From NCBI GenBank assembly GCA_964252035.1, contig OZ176201.1: a stretch of 64,000 nt of DNA. The stretch is one strand, 5' to 3'. Shown here piece after piece: positions 50,904-62,202 of the stretch. This DNA is from Podarcis erhardii. Its lineage: Eukaryota. The notes below the pieces were generated by a model. It did not search any database and was not told the DNA's origin. It saw only the letters and a list, made by a program, of their open reading frames with translations. The first letter of the stretch is position 1; each line of letters starts with the position of its first letter. Made by a program: the position numbers and the translations under genes.

Positions 50904-53195
50904 TAATATATATATCTGAGTTTTTAACACTGTTTGAAGGGCTGTCCACGGGACAAAGAACCATAAGAAGGGGCAGAAGGGGCCTTGAAATTGCCCATCC
51001 ACAGTTAGCACCTGGGTTGCAGACTGAGCAGAGAGGCACACAGGCCAGTCTTCTCCAACTACGGTAAGGTGTAACAGAAATACAATACAGGAATTATTTT
51101 CAAATGTCCATCTATACACACAAATATAGCACAAATGTGTATCTTTTTTAAAAAAAATATCTAACATGTGTTTCTTTTTCTTTTTAGTCACTCTATTTCC
51201 AAAGATCAGAACAGGAGTTACACTCACATGCTTACAAAATAAGATATGGGACCAGTGCTGCAACTTCAAAATGACCCTTCCATTGATATGGAAAACAGCA
51301 AAGGAAACAGCAACCCTTAAGAGCGAAGAGTAGACCTGTGATTGCATGGCATGGAAGGCCATATGAAACTGTGTAAAAAAATAAAGAACCACCTTTCAAT
51401 AAATTCAATTAAGTCACATTAAAAACAAAACAAAAAAACCCCCACTATCTCTTCAGTTGCTACCAGATGTTATCCAGCAAGCCTAATTTGAGTGGAACAA
51501 CATAATCCACTTAATAAACCAAATCAGATAATCCCCAAGCCTTCCAAAAGGTTTTGTTTTGCAAGCAAGACCCACTTCTATGTTGTGCGTATAGAAGAAC
51601 TAAACCCTCTCCGAAATGGAAGGGCTCACTAGGATTCAGAGGTTAACCTGTCTACTCAGAAGCTATGCCAGCTTTCTGTCATTCCATTTATAATAAGGAG
51701 GCAAATGTTAATTACACACAGAGTCGTTTCCTTTTCTGTAAAATGCATGCTGACCTCATGCCACCGAGTATTCTGCTACACTTGCAGAGTATTCTGCTAC
51801 ACTTTAGTCTTCTATGCACACACATCCATAAGCTAGAGTGGTGGTTTGACTATATTATGTGTTGTGAATTCCCATTCAAAATGGATTTACTACATCATCA
51901 TTCAATCTTGTTGGCTCCTGGGAGGAATCCAAGCACCACATTCCACCAGAAAAGGGAGGAATGGAAAGAGACTAGTATAATCTGCCAAACACACAAAGTG
52001 GAGCTCAATAAACTCCTTTAAAAACAAAAAACATGAGCAGGCAGCAACCAAGACTCAGCAGAATTTAGGGATTAAACAGTCACTATTAAAAGGGGGAAAC
52101 AACATTCTCAACAAGTGCAGTTCAGAGAAACCTCAAGAGAACACAGTATGGTTAGATTTCAGTATTCCCCAAAAAACATATTCAAAAACAAAGCCACTGG
52201 ACACCAGTGAGATGCTCTTCAGTACTCTATAGGCAGGAGGAAACAAATTTGGAGTGCAATTTTATTACTGGAAGTGAGCTCTGTCAGTTGTTTATGTAGA
52301 AGTAAGCCTTATCTGTTCAACCAGGCATTGTAGTTAAGTGTGTTGAAAGACTGCAGTCCTGATTTTCTTTGCATATCTGGTTGAGAAAGACTCTTAAAGC
52401 AACCAGGTTTAGTCTGTGTGCAAAATGAACCAAAATACCCAACAGAAACATTTAAACAATTGCTTTACTTATTTTTATTTATCCAAACACTTATACTCAT
52501 AAATAAATGCTTCATTATAAACCATTTACAAGTCAATAAAAGCAACACAGATTCTGCCATTAGGCTTAAAATGTATTTAAAAAAAATACAGGGCACAGGA
52601 AAAACGGGGTGGGTATTATACTTAATAAATATTGCAATAATATACTGCACCAAACTTGGAAGGCATGGGCAGAATTGCAGTAGCATTTTGGAACTCAGCC
52701 TAATGTGGCACTTTCAATTCATTCCATCTACTTGAAGAAGTATGGGAAATCTCTTATTTTGCCACTAGATGGCAATCTGCTACACCAATCATTAACATGG
52801 GCACACACAACTGAAAATTCTAACACTCCCCAATTTCCAGATTGGCTTAGTATTTACTGTAATTTCCTTTAATTCAGCGCTTCAGATTTTCTCAATTTAG
52901 AAAAAGTAAGAAAGATGCAGTGCTATTTAAACATGTGTGCAAAGTCTGCTTGTGGGCAGAACACACACAGATGCAATCACCCCAGTGACTGATCTCAAGG
53001 GGGAGGGTTGCAAAATCTTTCAGTGGCAATTTGCAGTCCTTCTATCCATGTAATAATTTGGCCTGCACCAAGGGGCAAAACTATTAATTCATTCAGAGCG
53101 AGGACAGGAAGCACAATTCTTACTTTTAATTTGATTGGGAATTTGCTTTGTGACATCAACACACTGCAAAACATGCTGGTAGTTGAATGACATTG

Positions 53196-53232
<37 letters not shown>
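53196..53232. repeat. (TCA)n microsatellite
   Basis: Seen directly. Confidence 0.97.
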
Positions 53233-54176
53233 ATCTCTCTCCCCCTCCCTCTCTCACAACCAACACACACTGTGATTCCCAGTTAGGTGGGCTCACTGTT
53301 CCCAGGAATATGTCAACGCAGTGGAAGGATTGCAGGAAGGAGGGATACAGTGATCAGTCAAGGAAGGGCAGCAAATGGCTTGGGGGAAAGATGGGGGCAG
53401 AAACTTCAGAAAACGACTAATGGCTCACAAAGCAAGACAGGTGCCTGTATGTTTTGACCCACAATAAAAATGAAAGGAAAGTTAATTTGTTCATCCCAAG
53501 AATCTGAGATTTAGTGGCTTCTAAATATTCTTTCAAACATATCAGCACACATATTTTTACATAGTAGTTTGTTACTTTCTTAGAATCTGTTTCCTTGAAA
53601 GTGATTTTTACAAACACACGGAAATAAAATTAAGACCAGTGTCATTTCAGGCCTCAGACTGCACACTTAGAGAGGTTCCCCCAAAGAAATATTTTTTCTC
53701 CTCATTAATATTTCCCATTATTCATCTGGTTTTCATGAAAAGAAGCAGTTTTTCCTTAATGAATGGAAGAACTCAATTATAAAGTTATTCAGGAGACCCT
53801 TAACCAGAGCTGTGGAGGAATTTCCATGCAGAAACACAAATGAAACAGGATATAAAACACATCCCCCCCCCAAAAGTGCTTGCACAATCCTGTTAAAAAC
53901 TAGATAAAACAAGACTTTACGTGATCATAACAGATTTCAGCACTCTTCAAAATGTTCACTTTTTGATTCTGACATGTCCCCAAGGGAAGGGCAGTTCACA
54001 ATCGGAGGCTAGCCAACAGGAATGCCTCTACATATAATTAAGTTTGTCACGCATTTAAGTTTGGCAAAGCGCAGGCTAATATCCACACAGTGCTAAACTT
54101 GTCACATGGACCTGTCACAGACCTCCTTGCTTTTACGGAATGGATGAAGAACTCCCTGGCTTAAATGTGAGAGAGT

Positions 54177-54229
54177 GAGAGATCTCACATGTTGCAGCAT
54201 GCAGGAGAGATCTCACATGTTGCAGCATG
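54177..54229. repeat. 25-bp direct repeat (period 28)
   Basis: gagagatctcacatgttgcagcatg x2. Confidence 0.95.
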
Positions 54230-55324
54230 AAGAAGGTAGGAGAGGGGAAGCTTTAAGGGCCCTTTTGAAGAAGGTGCAAAATGACAAGAAGCTAGACCTA
54301 ACAACTCGTCTACTTTAATTATGATTCAGGCGATGGTAGTTCTTTGGTTTCTTTGTGTGTGTCTCTTTTTTTTAAGGGCTGTTCTGCAAAACACAACATG
54401 CATTTTTCGACAGAATCATGAAAGGGAACTCCCCTTTTTCATTTACTGTACAGTAAAAGTTAGAAAAGGGTACTTCTGCAATGTCTGAGTTTCAACACAT
54501 TCTGAAGTAATTGCTGCATCACTGTCCTTTTAAGCATCCGCCCCTACAACTTCCAATGCTTTAAACAGGAATTAGAGAGAAGAAACAGAACTACACTTAT
54601 AGCACCTACTGCGCTGTAATGGGGGGGGGGGGTCACAGCAAGGACACAAATTGGGCCTTAGCACCAGAGAATACTTCTGCATCATTTTATCAGCCACAGC
54701 ACTTAGGGAGTTGCACACACCCCAGCAGAAAACAAAGTTTCCTACAGTGAAATTGATTGGTCAGCCGAAATTTCTTTTCTTAAATGCACAATTATTCAGC
54801 ATTTTCATCAAAAGATAGGGGAAAAAAATGACTTCTTCATGGATGTATTGGGGGTTTGTGGGGGTATGGGAGAGAGAATACCCTGAAAGATAATAACAAA
54901 ATTAATGGATATATATTTTTACTAAATGTTTTTGAGTATTATCAGGTGTTATGAACATTAAAGAAAAGATTTGCAAGACCAGTGATCTCTCACTCCAGCA
55001 AGTTTTGCTAAAATATTTAAATGTGAACTTTTGGAAGAAAATAGGGAATTTCCCTAAAACCATTGCTGGGTTATTTGTTTTACTTCCTGACATTTGCATC
55101 ACTCACTTCCTCCATCAGAGGATTCTCAACATGGCATACATGTGGCTCTCTGGGGGAGTCTCAGCCAGGCTCTGACCAGAACCAGATCAGCAAGGTGGTG
55201 GGTATTTATACCTTCATACTATACCCTGGGACCTGGGACTTGAAGGAAAATCAGTTGGTGTACACACACACACACACACACACACTAATCTGCATGTAGC
55301 AATTGCATGTCCAGTTTAGAACTT

Positions 55325-55382
55325 CAACTTCCACCTCTCAGATTCCTCTTGAACAACTTCCACCTCTCAGATTCCTCTTGAA
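55325..55382. repeat. Perfect 29-bp tandem duplication
   Basis: caacttccacctctcagattcctcttgaa x2. Confidence 0.95.
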
Positions 55383-55665
55383 CAGCAGCCTTCCAGAAGT
55401 TGTGCAGCTACAATGTCCACCAGCCCCAGCCAAAGGCTCCCCACCCCAGTGCCAATGGCTATGAAATCACATCTGCCTGTTGCTCTCTGGGCTGGCCTCC
55501 TCTCAGTTTTGCAACCCAGCATGCCCATTGAAAACAATGGGAAAGGTGGTTTAACTCCACAGCCGAGAATTCATAGTTATCTAAGTAAGATAATAAGCAA
55601 GTATATTCTTCTAGTTAAAAGTCATTTCAGAACTACCCTCCTTCCAGGACGGCTCACATACAGTA

Positions 55666-55890
55666 CAATGGTACCTCGGGTTAAGTACTTAATTCGTTCC
55701 GGAGGTCCGTTCTTAACCTGAAACTGTTCTTAACCTGAAGCACCACTTTAGTTAATGGGGCTCCTGCTGCCGCCGCGCCGCCGGAACACAATTTCTGTTC
55801 TCATCGTGAAGCAAAGTTCTTAACCTGAAGCACTATTTCTGGGTTAGCGGAGTCTGTAACCTGAAGCGTATGTAACCCGAGGTACCACTG
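55666..55890. mobile_element. Tc1/mariner (Tigger-like) MITE, 225 bp
   Basis: TA|caatggtacctcgggtta...taacccgaggtaccactg|TA (17/18 TIR); internal repeated motif ttcttaacctgaa. Confidence 0.9.
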
Positions 55891-58800
55891 TATAACTGGA
55901 TTATTATTAACATGGCTACAGGGTACAGAGTTGTAAAAGAGCCATAAAGCATCAGAGTTAGGCAGAAAAGCTTGCATAAAAATTCCTGCGGAGCAGGTTG
56001 TATACACTGCGGCATCCAGATCCATTAATACTAATTATAGTAGTTTAAAATGCAATAAAATAGAACCGCCCAAGGATATCCTTCTCCAGCAAGAGATATC
56101 TCTCCAGCAGGAGAAACTCCCTTTTGTTTTAATCATTAAGAGGGTAACTGGCCTAAAGCAACAAAACCGCTGTTCAAGAAAGAGAAAACTGAGCATCCTC
56201 AGAGAGTTTTCACTGCATGGGTGTTGGACGAGGCTGACACTAAACAATGGCTTCTCTCTACATTTTTAAACAGAAACTGAAGGAGAAACTCCCTCCGGAA
56301 TAGACAGCTCAATTTTTACAAATTTAATCAACTCTGGTAATGATTCCTCCTTTGCACCAACACTAAAGGAGAAACAAGGGACACAAAAATACTGTCTCTT
56401 CCTTAGCATCCTCCCAGCTGAACCTATTTAGATAAGTGTCATGCCTGGCTTCTCACTCTGTGTGTGGATTACAAGAATATACTGAATTTATCCCACAAGC
56501 CACCATTTGCGTGCAAGTGGTGCCCCATTTCACAGTCTGTCTGAAGGAACTGACTCGGCTCAAGACCAGTTCCAGGTTTTAGCAACTACTTGAGAAACAG
56601 AGAGTCATGTTGGATGGTATCATTACTATTTCCAAGACCTTGCATTCCAACACTATTTCTTCCTCATGACCAGCTTCCTTCCCTCCAAAATCAACTGCAA
56701 TCCTTCAAATCAAAGCATGCTGCCGAATATCATCTAACAAAGATTTTCATTGTGCACCAGGAATAATAAGGCTTTTAGAACTGGGAGCTCATTTCTCCCT
56801 ATAGGGCTGTCATATTTGCCCCAACAATATTGATTCTGCAGACACTCAGTGCATAGTAACTAAACATCAAAAGGGAGGAAGACTTTCCAATTGGTTTCAT
56901 CTGAAGATTTCAAATGGGGAGGAAATACTACAGAGCAAAGCAAAACAACAAATACCCTTTCAATACATGTTTGTGGCAAATACGATAGATAAATGAGTTG
57001 GGGCAAATGTGGAGAATTGGCTGCTTCAGAGTGAAAGAAGAAAAACACAGAAGACTTCAAATACAGTACCCATTTATTTTCACACAGCATAAAAGAAAAA
57101 CAATTTGAAGGTTTGCGTTCCACATACAGTATCAAACTTTTGGCCTATTCAGCCTGGCACTGTCTATGACTCTTCAAGTTCTCTGGCAATAAAAGCACTG
57201 CTCCACAACAGTGACCAGAGGAGGAATGACTGTTGGGGAATGCAGAGAGAAGAAACACAATAAAACATGCCTCTCTCATACTGGACTCTCCAGCCACAGC
57301 GGGCACCGTCACCTTCCAACAGTTTGACTTCACCCCCAATGGCGCAATCTGCCATTGTCTCCCGAGACAGACAGATGCCAACCAGAGAGTCAGTTAAAAG
57401 AAGCAGCCAGAAACTGAACTTGGAATATTATGCATGCAAAGCATATGCTCTTTGCCACTTTGCTGAGAAAGCAATTTCTTCGTAATGTGGTATTGTTTAC
57501 ATTTTTTCCATGTAGCAACTCTTTCACACGTGTTGTACATGCAAAATCTGTACTGTATTCAAATCTTGCCCTCTCAGAAATATGTGTGTGGCATTCAGTG
57601 AAGGGTTGTACAGCATTTCCAACGACGTTGTCCTGTTAGTGCAAGAACTTCCTCCTGTGCAACAGGATTTATTTTCCTCCTCTCCCAAGCGCTCCTCCAA
57701 ATCTGCTCCAGGGAGGGAAACACAGACCTTTGGGGGGCGCAGGGAGAGTAAGTCCTATTTTGAAAGTGGAAGTCCTAGCCTAACGGGATGACTTCATTGG
57801 ATAAAACCCTAAAACAGATTCTGGACTATGGTATCAGGAATTACAAGCAGTACACAATTTACACGCAGAGAGCTTTATCTTGGCATGGCACTGAGACAGG
57901 CAAGAACATGTGGGGGGTGTCTTTAGAATCCAAAGAGTTCGTCCACAGTATTTTCCACGGTAGGGGGTACAATTTCCATTGTCCAATTAGTTACACTGGG
58001 CATAAATCCAGGACATCTGGTTTAAGACATTAACATTTTATTAGGCATTACTGATGCAATGAGAAGCCAAAATCCATTTGAGACATGACTGACCTCATTA
58101 TCTGATGCCACTTTTTATTTTCACCCCCTTCCTCCATCAATCGGGTTAAAGAAAAATCAACTGCTGTATAGAGCAGCAAATCTCCCTTTTTGGAGCTCGC
58201 TTTTACAAATGTGTGTCTGTAAAAAGAAGCACACAGGTTGTGCTGCCATTGAACAGGACTTAAGCATCTTGGACGAACAACTAATTGCACTCAGAACACT
58301 AAATCACCACTAGAAATTAATAAGGTTTCTTTGTTTTGATTAAGAAAGTTTGTGGATAAGTTTTTAGAAGGAGACAACCAATGGCAGGACTTGTGGAACT
58401 GCTTAATGGTATTACTGCAGAGATATCACGTAAAAGAGACAATAACCGCTACACTAAACTGGCAAAAGCCAAACAAACATGAGAACTTCAAGCGTGCTTA
58501 CTCAAAAAGGAACATGGCTCTGTAAGATGCACAGATGTTATTTCTGTACTTCCTTTCAACAAATTACAGTGAGTTGCTTAATAGCCTTATATTTAAAACA
58601 GGAAATACACATCTTCCAGAGTTTATCCTTCCTTCCCTTTCTTCCTTTGAAGTCAAAAGGAATGGGAAGTTGAAAATTCATTTGCAGCAAAGAAGGTTAA
58701 AATAGTCTTTTAGCATAATCACCCACCAACACAGAGCCTTCTGCACCATATTTTAACCAGATGAGTACTGTGGCGGAGAACTGTAAACTATTAGAAGCGA

Positions 58801-60910
58801 TACCACATTTTTCCATCCGTCTACCAGGCAATGGAAAGCTGGAAACAGCCTGAGGTTTCCATGTCAACACCATAGCCATTGGGGCAAATTGATTTAGAGT
58901 AAATAGGGTACTGGACCACCAATCCCAGTCTGTCCATAGCCAATATCCACCAGCTTGCTTTCCTACTTTCAACCTGTCCAGGGACTGGTACTGTCTGCAA
59001 GCCTCCTCAGCAGGGAGAAAGATGGAAACAAAGATAGAATTAGTTGGCAGTTCTGCTACAGTAGGTCTCCAAACCTTCTAAGCCTGCCAGTCTCAATGGG
59101 CACCAACTACTATTGATCATAGCACAAAATAGAGCATGGCTTCAGAATGATGGTAAACAAATATTCACAGGTTCTGCTTGAGGACTTAATAATATTAAAG
59201 GCTAGACCTAGTTTGATGAAAGGTACTTCAAGTCTGCTCAAATTTCAAACAAAATTTCACCCCACAATTATTTCAGCATGATTTCCTTGTTCCTCTAACT
59301 GCATTGAACACTATCCTCTTGTTCCTAGGAAGCAGAGATCAAGGGAGCCACTCAAAAGACTAGAAATCAATTGGTTGCACCAACTGAACCATCAGCACTG
59401 GCTTGTCAATACTCACTCTGTTTAGGGAATGGGAAGATTGCAAGGAGAAAAAGCACCTGCAATGTTTCAACTAAAGAACCACAAAAGCTCCTCCTTATCA
59501 CCCAGTTATCATAGCTGTTGGAGCACATGTTAGGATACGCCTTTTCCCATATGTTACAGTCTTAAAACAGAGATTATATTTTGAAAGGTAGACTGGTTAT
59601 TGCTTATTTGTAACACTGCGCTTTGGTGCAATCTTTTGTCCTGGGGCTGACACTATCATGCATTCAAAGGTCATGTGAGAAGGTCTACGGGTCATACAGG
59701 TTAGCTCCCCATGACCACGAAACTCAGCAGCTATGCCTACAGCTCAATCACATTTGGCGCATACACTAATCCACCCGCTTGCTTAGAAGAACTCTATGCA
59801 CAACCAACAGTACACAGTGGCAGTGTGGCATGGGGCTAGCCCACACAGATCCAGACGCCTTCACTTCTTCGAACAAGTGAAGGGATCATATGAGCCTCTC
59901 TCTAATTAAACTGCAAAGCACATCTTGAATCACCATTTTAAGTCCTGCAAACTGAATTTTTACTATACACCACCAGCAACTTTCTTATTCTTTCATGCCT
60001 CTCTCTCCCTTTACCTCTCAGTTTAACAAGAGCTTCAAAAAAAAAAAAAAAAAGATATATGTGAAACTCAAAAAGACAGCTCACAAATTTATGATTTTAA
60101 GGGGGACTTATAAAAAGGTATTGCAATGCTATTCCTAAGACAGGTGGGGATTAATACATACATCATTCTATTTGTTATATGTTGCCTTTCCAAAAAAAAG
60201 TGCTCAAGGCAGCTTACAACATTAAAAAATACATAAAAATCACATAATTGCAAGTGTAACAAAAGTCATGAGCAAGAAATAAAACATCAAAAAGTACATA
60301 ATCAAATTAAATAATTTCCACATAAATCATAATAAGAAATAAAATAAAGATACAAAAAATAATAATATCAGTAACAGCAACAACTCCCACTGCCCAACAA
60401 AAACCCGTAAACAAAGCACCAGCTTCAGCTTTTGTAGCTGGAGTCAGTCCAGGCCTCACCGTCCCAGACCAGGTAGAAAAAGGCTTGCAAGGCAGGGAGG
60501 ACCTTTTGTTTATACACAGACTATCCAACATTTAGCTCATTTGGAATTCAAACTATTAGGAATTTTTGATAACTCTAGAATTTCCAATATCAGGTCTCCA
60601 TAAAGTCACTGTTTAAGTGACAGGAAAACAATGAAAAAGGAGAAAACCAAATTTTGCAAAGTAACAACAGGCTGACTAATTAGACATGTCAATTTCCCAA
60701 ACATCTCTGTTCCCAAACCATATTGTAGCTCTACATAATAGATACAGTTTCTTAAGATTTTTGTGACACACTGAAAGAAGAAACTAAACAATAGTTTAGG
60801 GACATCCTTAAAGAGATATACATTGCCAGTAGTCTGAACTCCCTCACAGTTGGTCAGCCTCATTTTCCAAAAAATGGGCATGGGATTTTATATATAGTAT
60901 GGCATGTTTA

Positions 60911-61269
60911 GGGACATGGGTGGCACTGTGGGTTAAACCATAGAGCCTAGGGCTTGCCGATCAGAAGGCCGGTGGTTCGAATCCCCGTGGCGGGGTGAGC
61001 TCCCATTGCCCAGTCCCTACTCCTGCCCACCTAGCAGTTCGAAAGCACGTCAAAGTGCAAGTAGATAAATAGGTACCACTCAAGCGGGAAGGTAAATGGC
61101 GTTTCCGTGCGCTGCTCTGGTTCGTCAGAAGCGGCTTTGTCATGCTGGCCACATGACCCAGAAGCTGTATGCTGGCTCCTTCAGCCAGTAAAGCGAGATG
61201 AGCGCCGCAACCCCAGAGTCGTCTGCGACTGGACCTAATGGTCAGCGGTCCCTTTACTTTTATCTTTAT
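60911..61269 (+). mobile_element. Sauria SINE, full length, with target-site duplication
   Basis: gggacatgggtggcactgtgggttaaacc...ggttcgaatccc (tRNA box B)...gtgcaagtagataaataggtacc...cctttacttttatcttta; flanks tatggcatgttta (60898-60910) and tatggcatggtta (61267-61279). Confidence 0.92.
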
Positions 61270-61889
61270 GGCATGGTTAACGTGTGGTCTTTCTATCACA
61301 TAGGTACCTTTTCTGAAAGAAATTCCTTATGACTAAATCCTAAATTACACCTTGTATAAAATCTAGGAAGGCCGCTGGGGGCGGGGCGGATAAAATGTTC
61401 TGTGGGCCAGAATAAGCCACTTCGCTTTCTCTATTATAAACCAATTCTGACTACAAGAATACGTTCCAGTATTCAAGAGGGTGGGGAGCATATAAAATAT
61501 GTTAAGGGCATACCAACTGCTCCATCATGCCAAACCCTATAATGAGAAGTAGATGTTGGGGATTTAAAGCACATGGGCAGCTACATACAGAATCCTTCTG
61601 CTTCTCTTCTTCCCTTCCCATCTATGAAACAGCTTCTATCCATCCCAGTAGGGCTTCAAGACCAGAGGTAACCCCTATCAGGAAGAGCACCGGAAAGGAA
61701 GGATGCAACACTCCTTAAAAGGTGTCTGAAAATCACCCCCACCTCATTTTGTAGGGATTTGTCAGCAATCCAATCCTGACACACAATTTGGCTGCTTCAG
61801 CTTGGCCCTGAAGATACGAAGAATCTGTGATTTAGTTTCCATTCCTTAGCTCCAGATGCATTCCATTGTGAAGCTGGATTGATATACTA

Positions 61890-62202
61890 CAGGGGTAGGC
61901 AACCTAAGGCCCGGGGGCCAGATGCAGCCCAATCGCCTTCTCAATCCGGCCCGCAGATGGCTCGGGAATCAGTGTGTTTTTACATGAATAGAATGTGTCC
62001 TTTTATTTAAAATGCATCTCTGGGTTATTTGTGGGGCCTGCCTGGTGTTTTTACATGAGTAGAATGTGTGCTTTTATTTAAAATGCATCTCTGGGTTATT
62101 TGTGGGGCATAGGAATTCGTTCATTATGGTTTTTTTTCAAAATATAGTTTGGCCCACCACATGGTGTTTCAGTCAACGGCTGAAAAAGGTTGCTGACCCC
62201 TG
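61890..62202. mobile_element. hAT (Charlie-like) MITE with internal duplication
   Basis: TIRs caggggtaggcaacct / aggttgctgacccctg; 8-bp flanks atatacta and acacacta; ~64-bp direct repeat at 61974-62037 and 62045-62108. Confidence 0.85.

Noticed and set aside
54177-55382. CRISPR-like repeat-spacer arrays
   Set aside because: Only two-copy local duplications in a vertebrate intron, with no spacer series and no cas genes.
58342-58527. About 60-codon open frame without an early Met (LRKFVDKFLEGDNQWQDLW...)
   Set aside because: It is antisense to the gene, has no homology I recognise, and its length is within chance.
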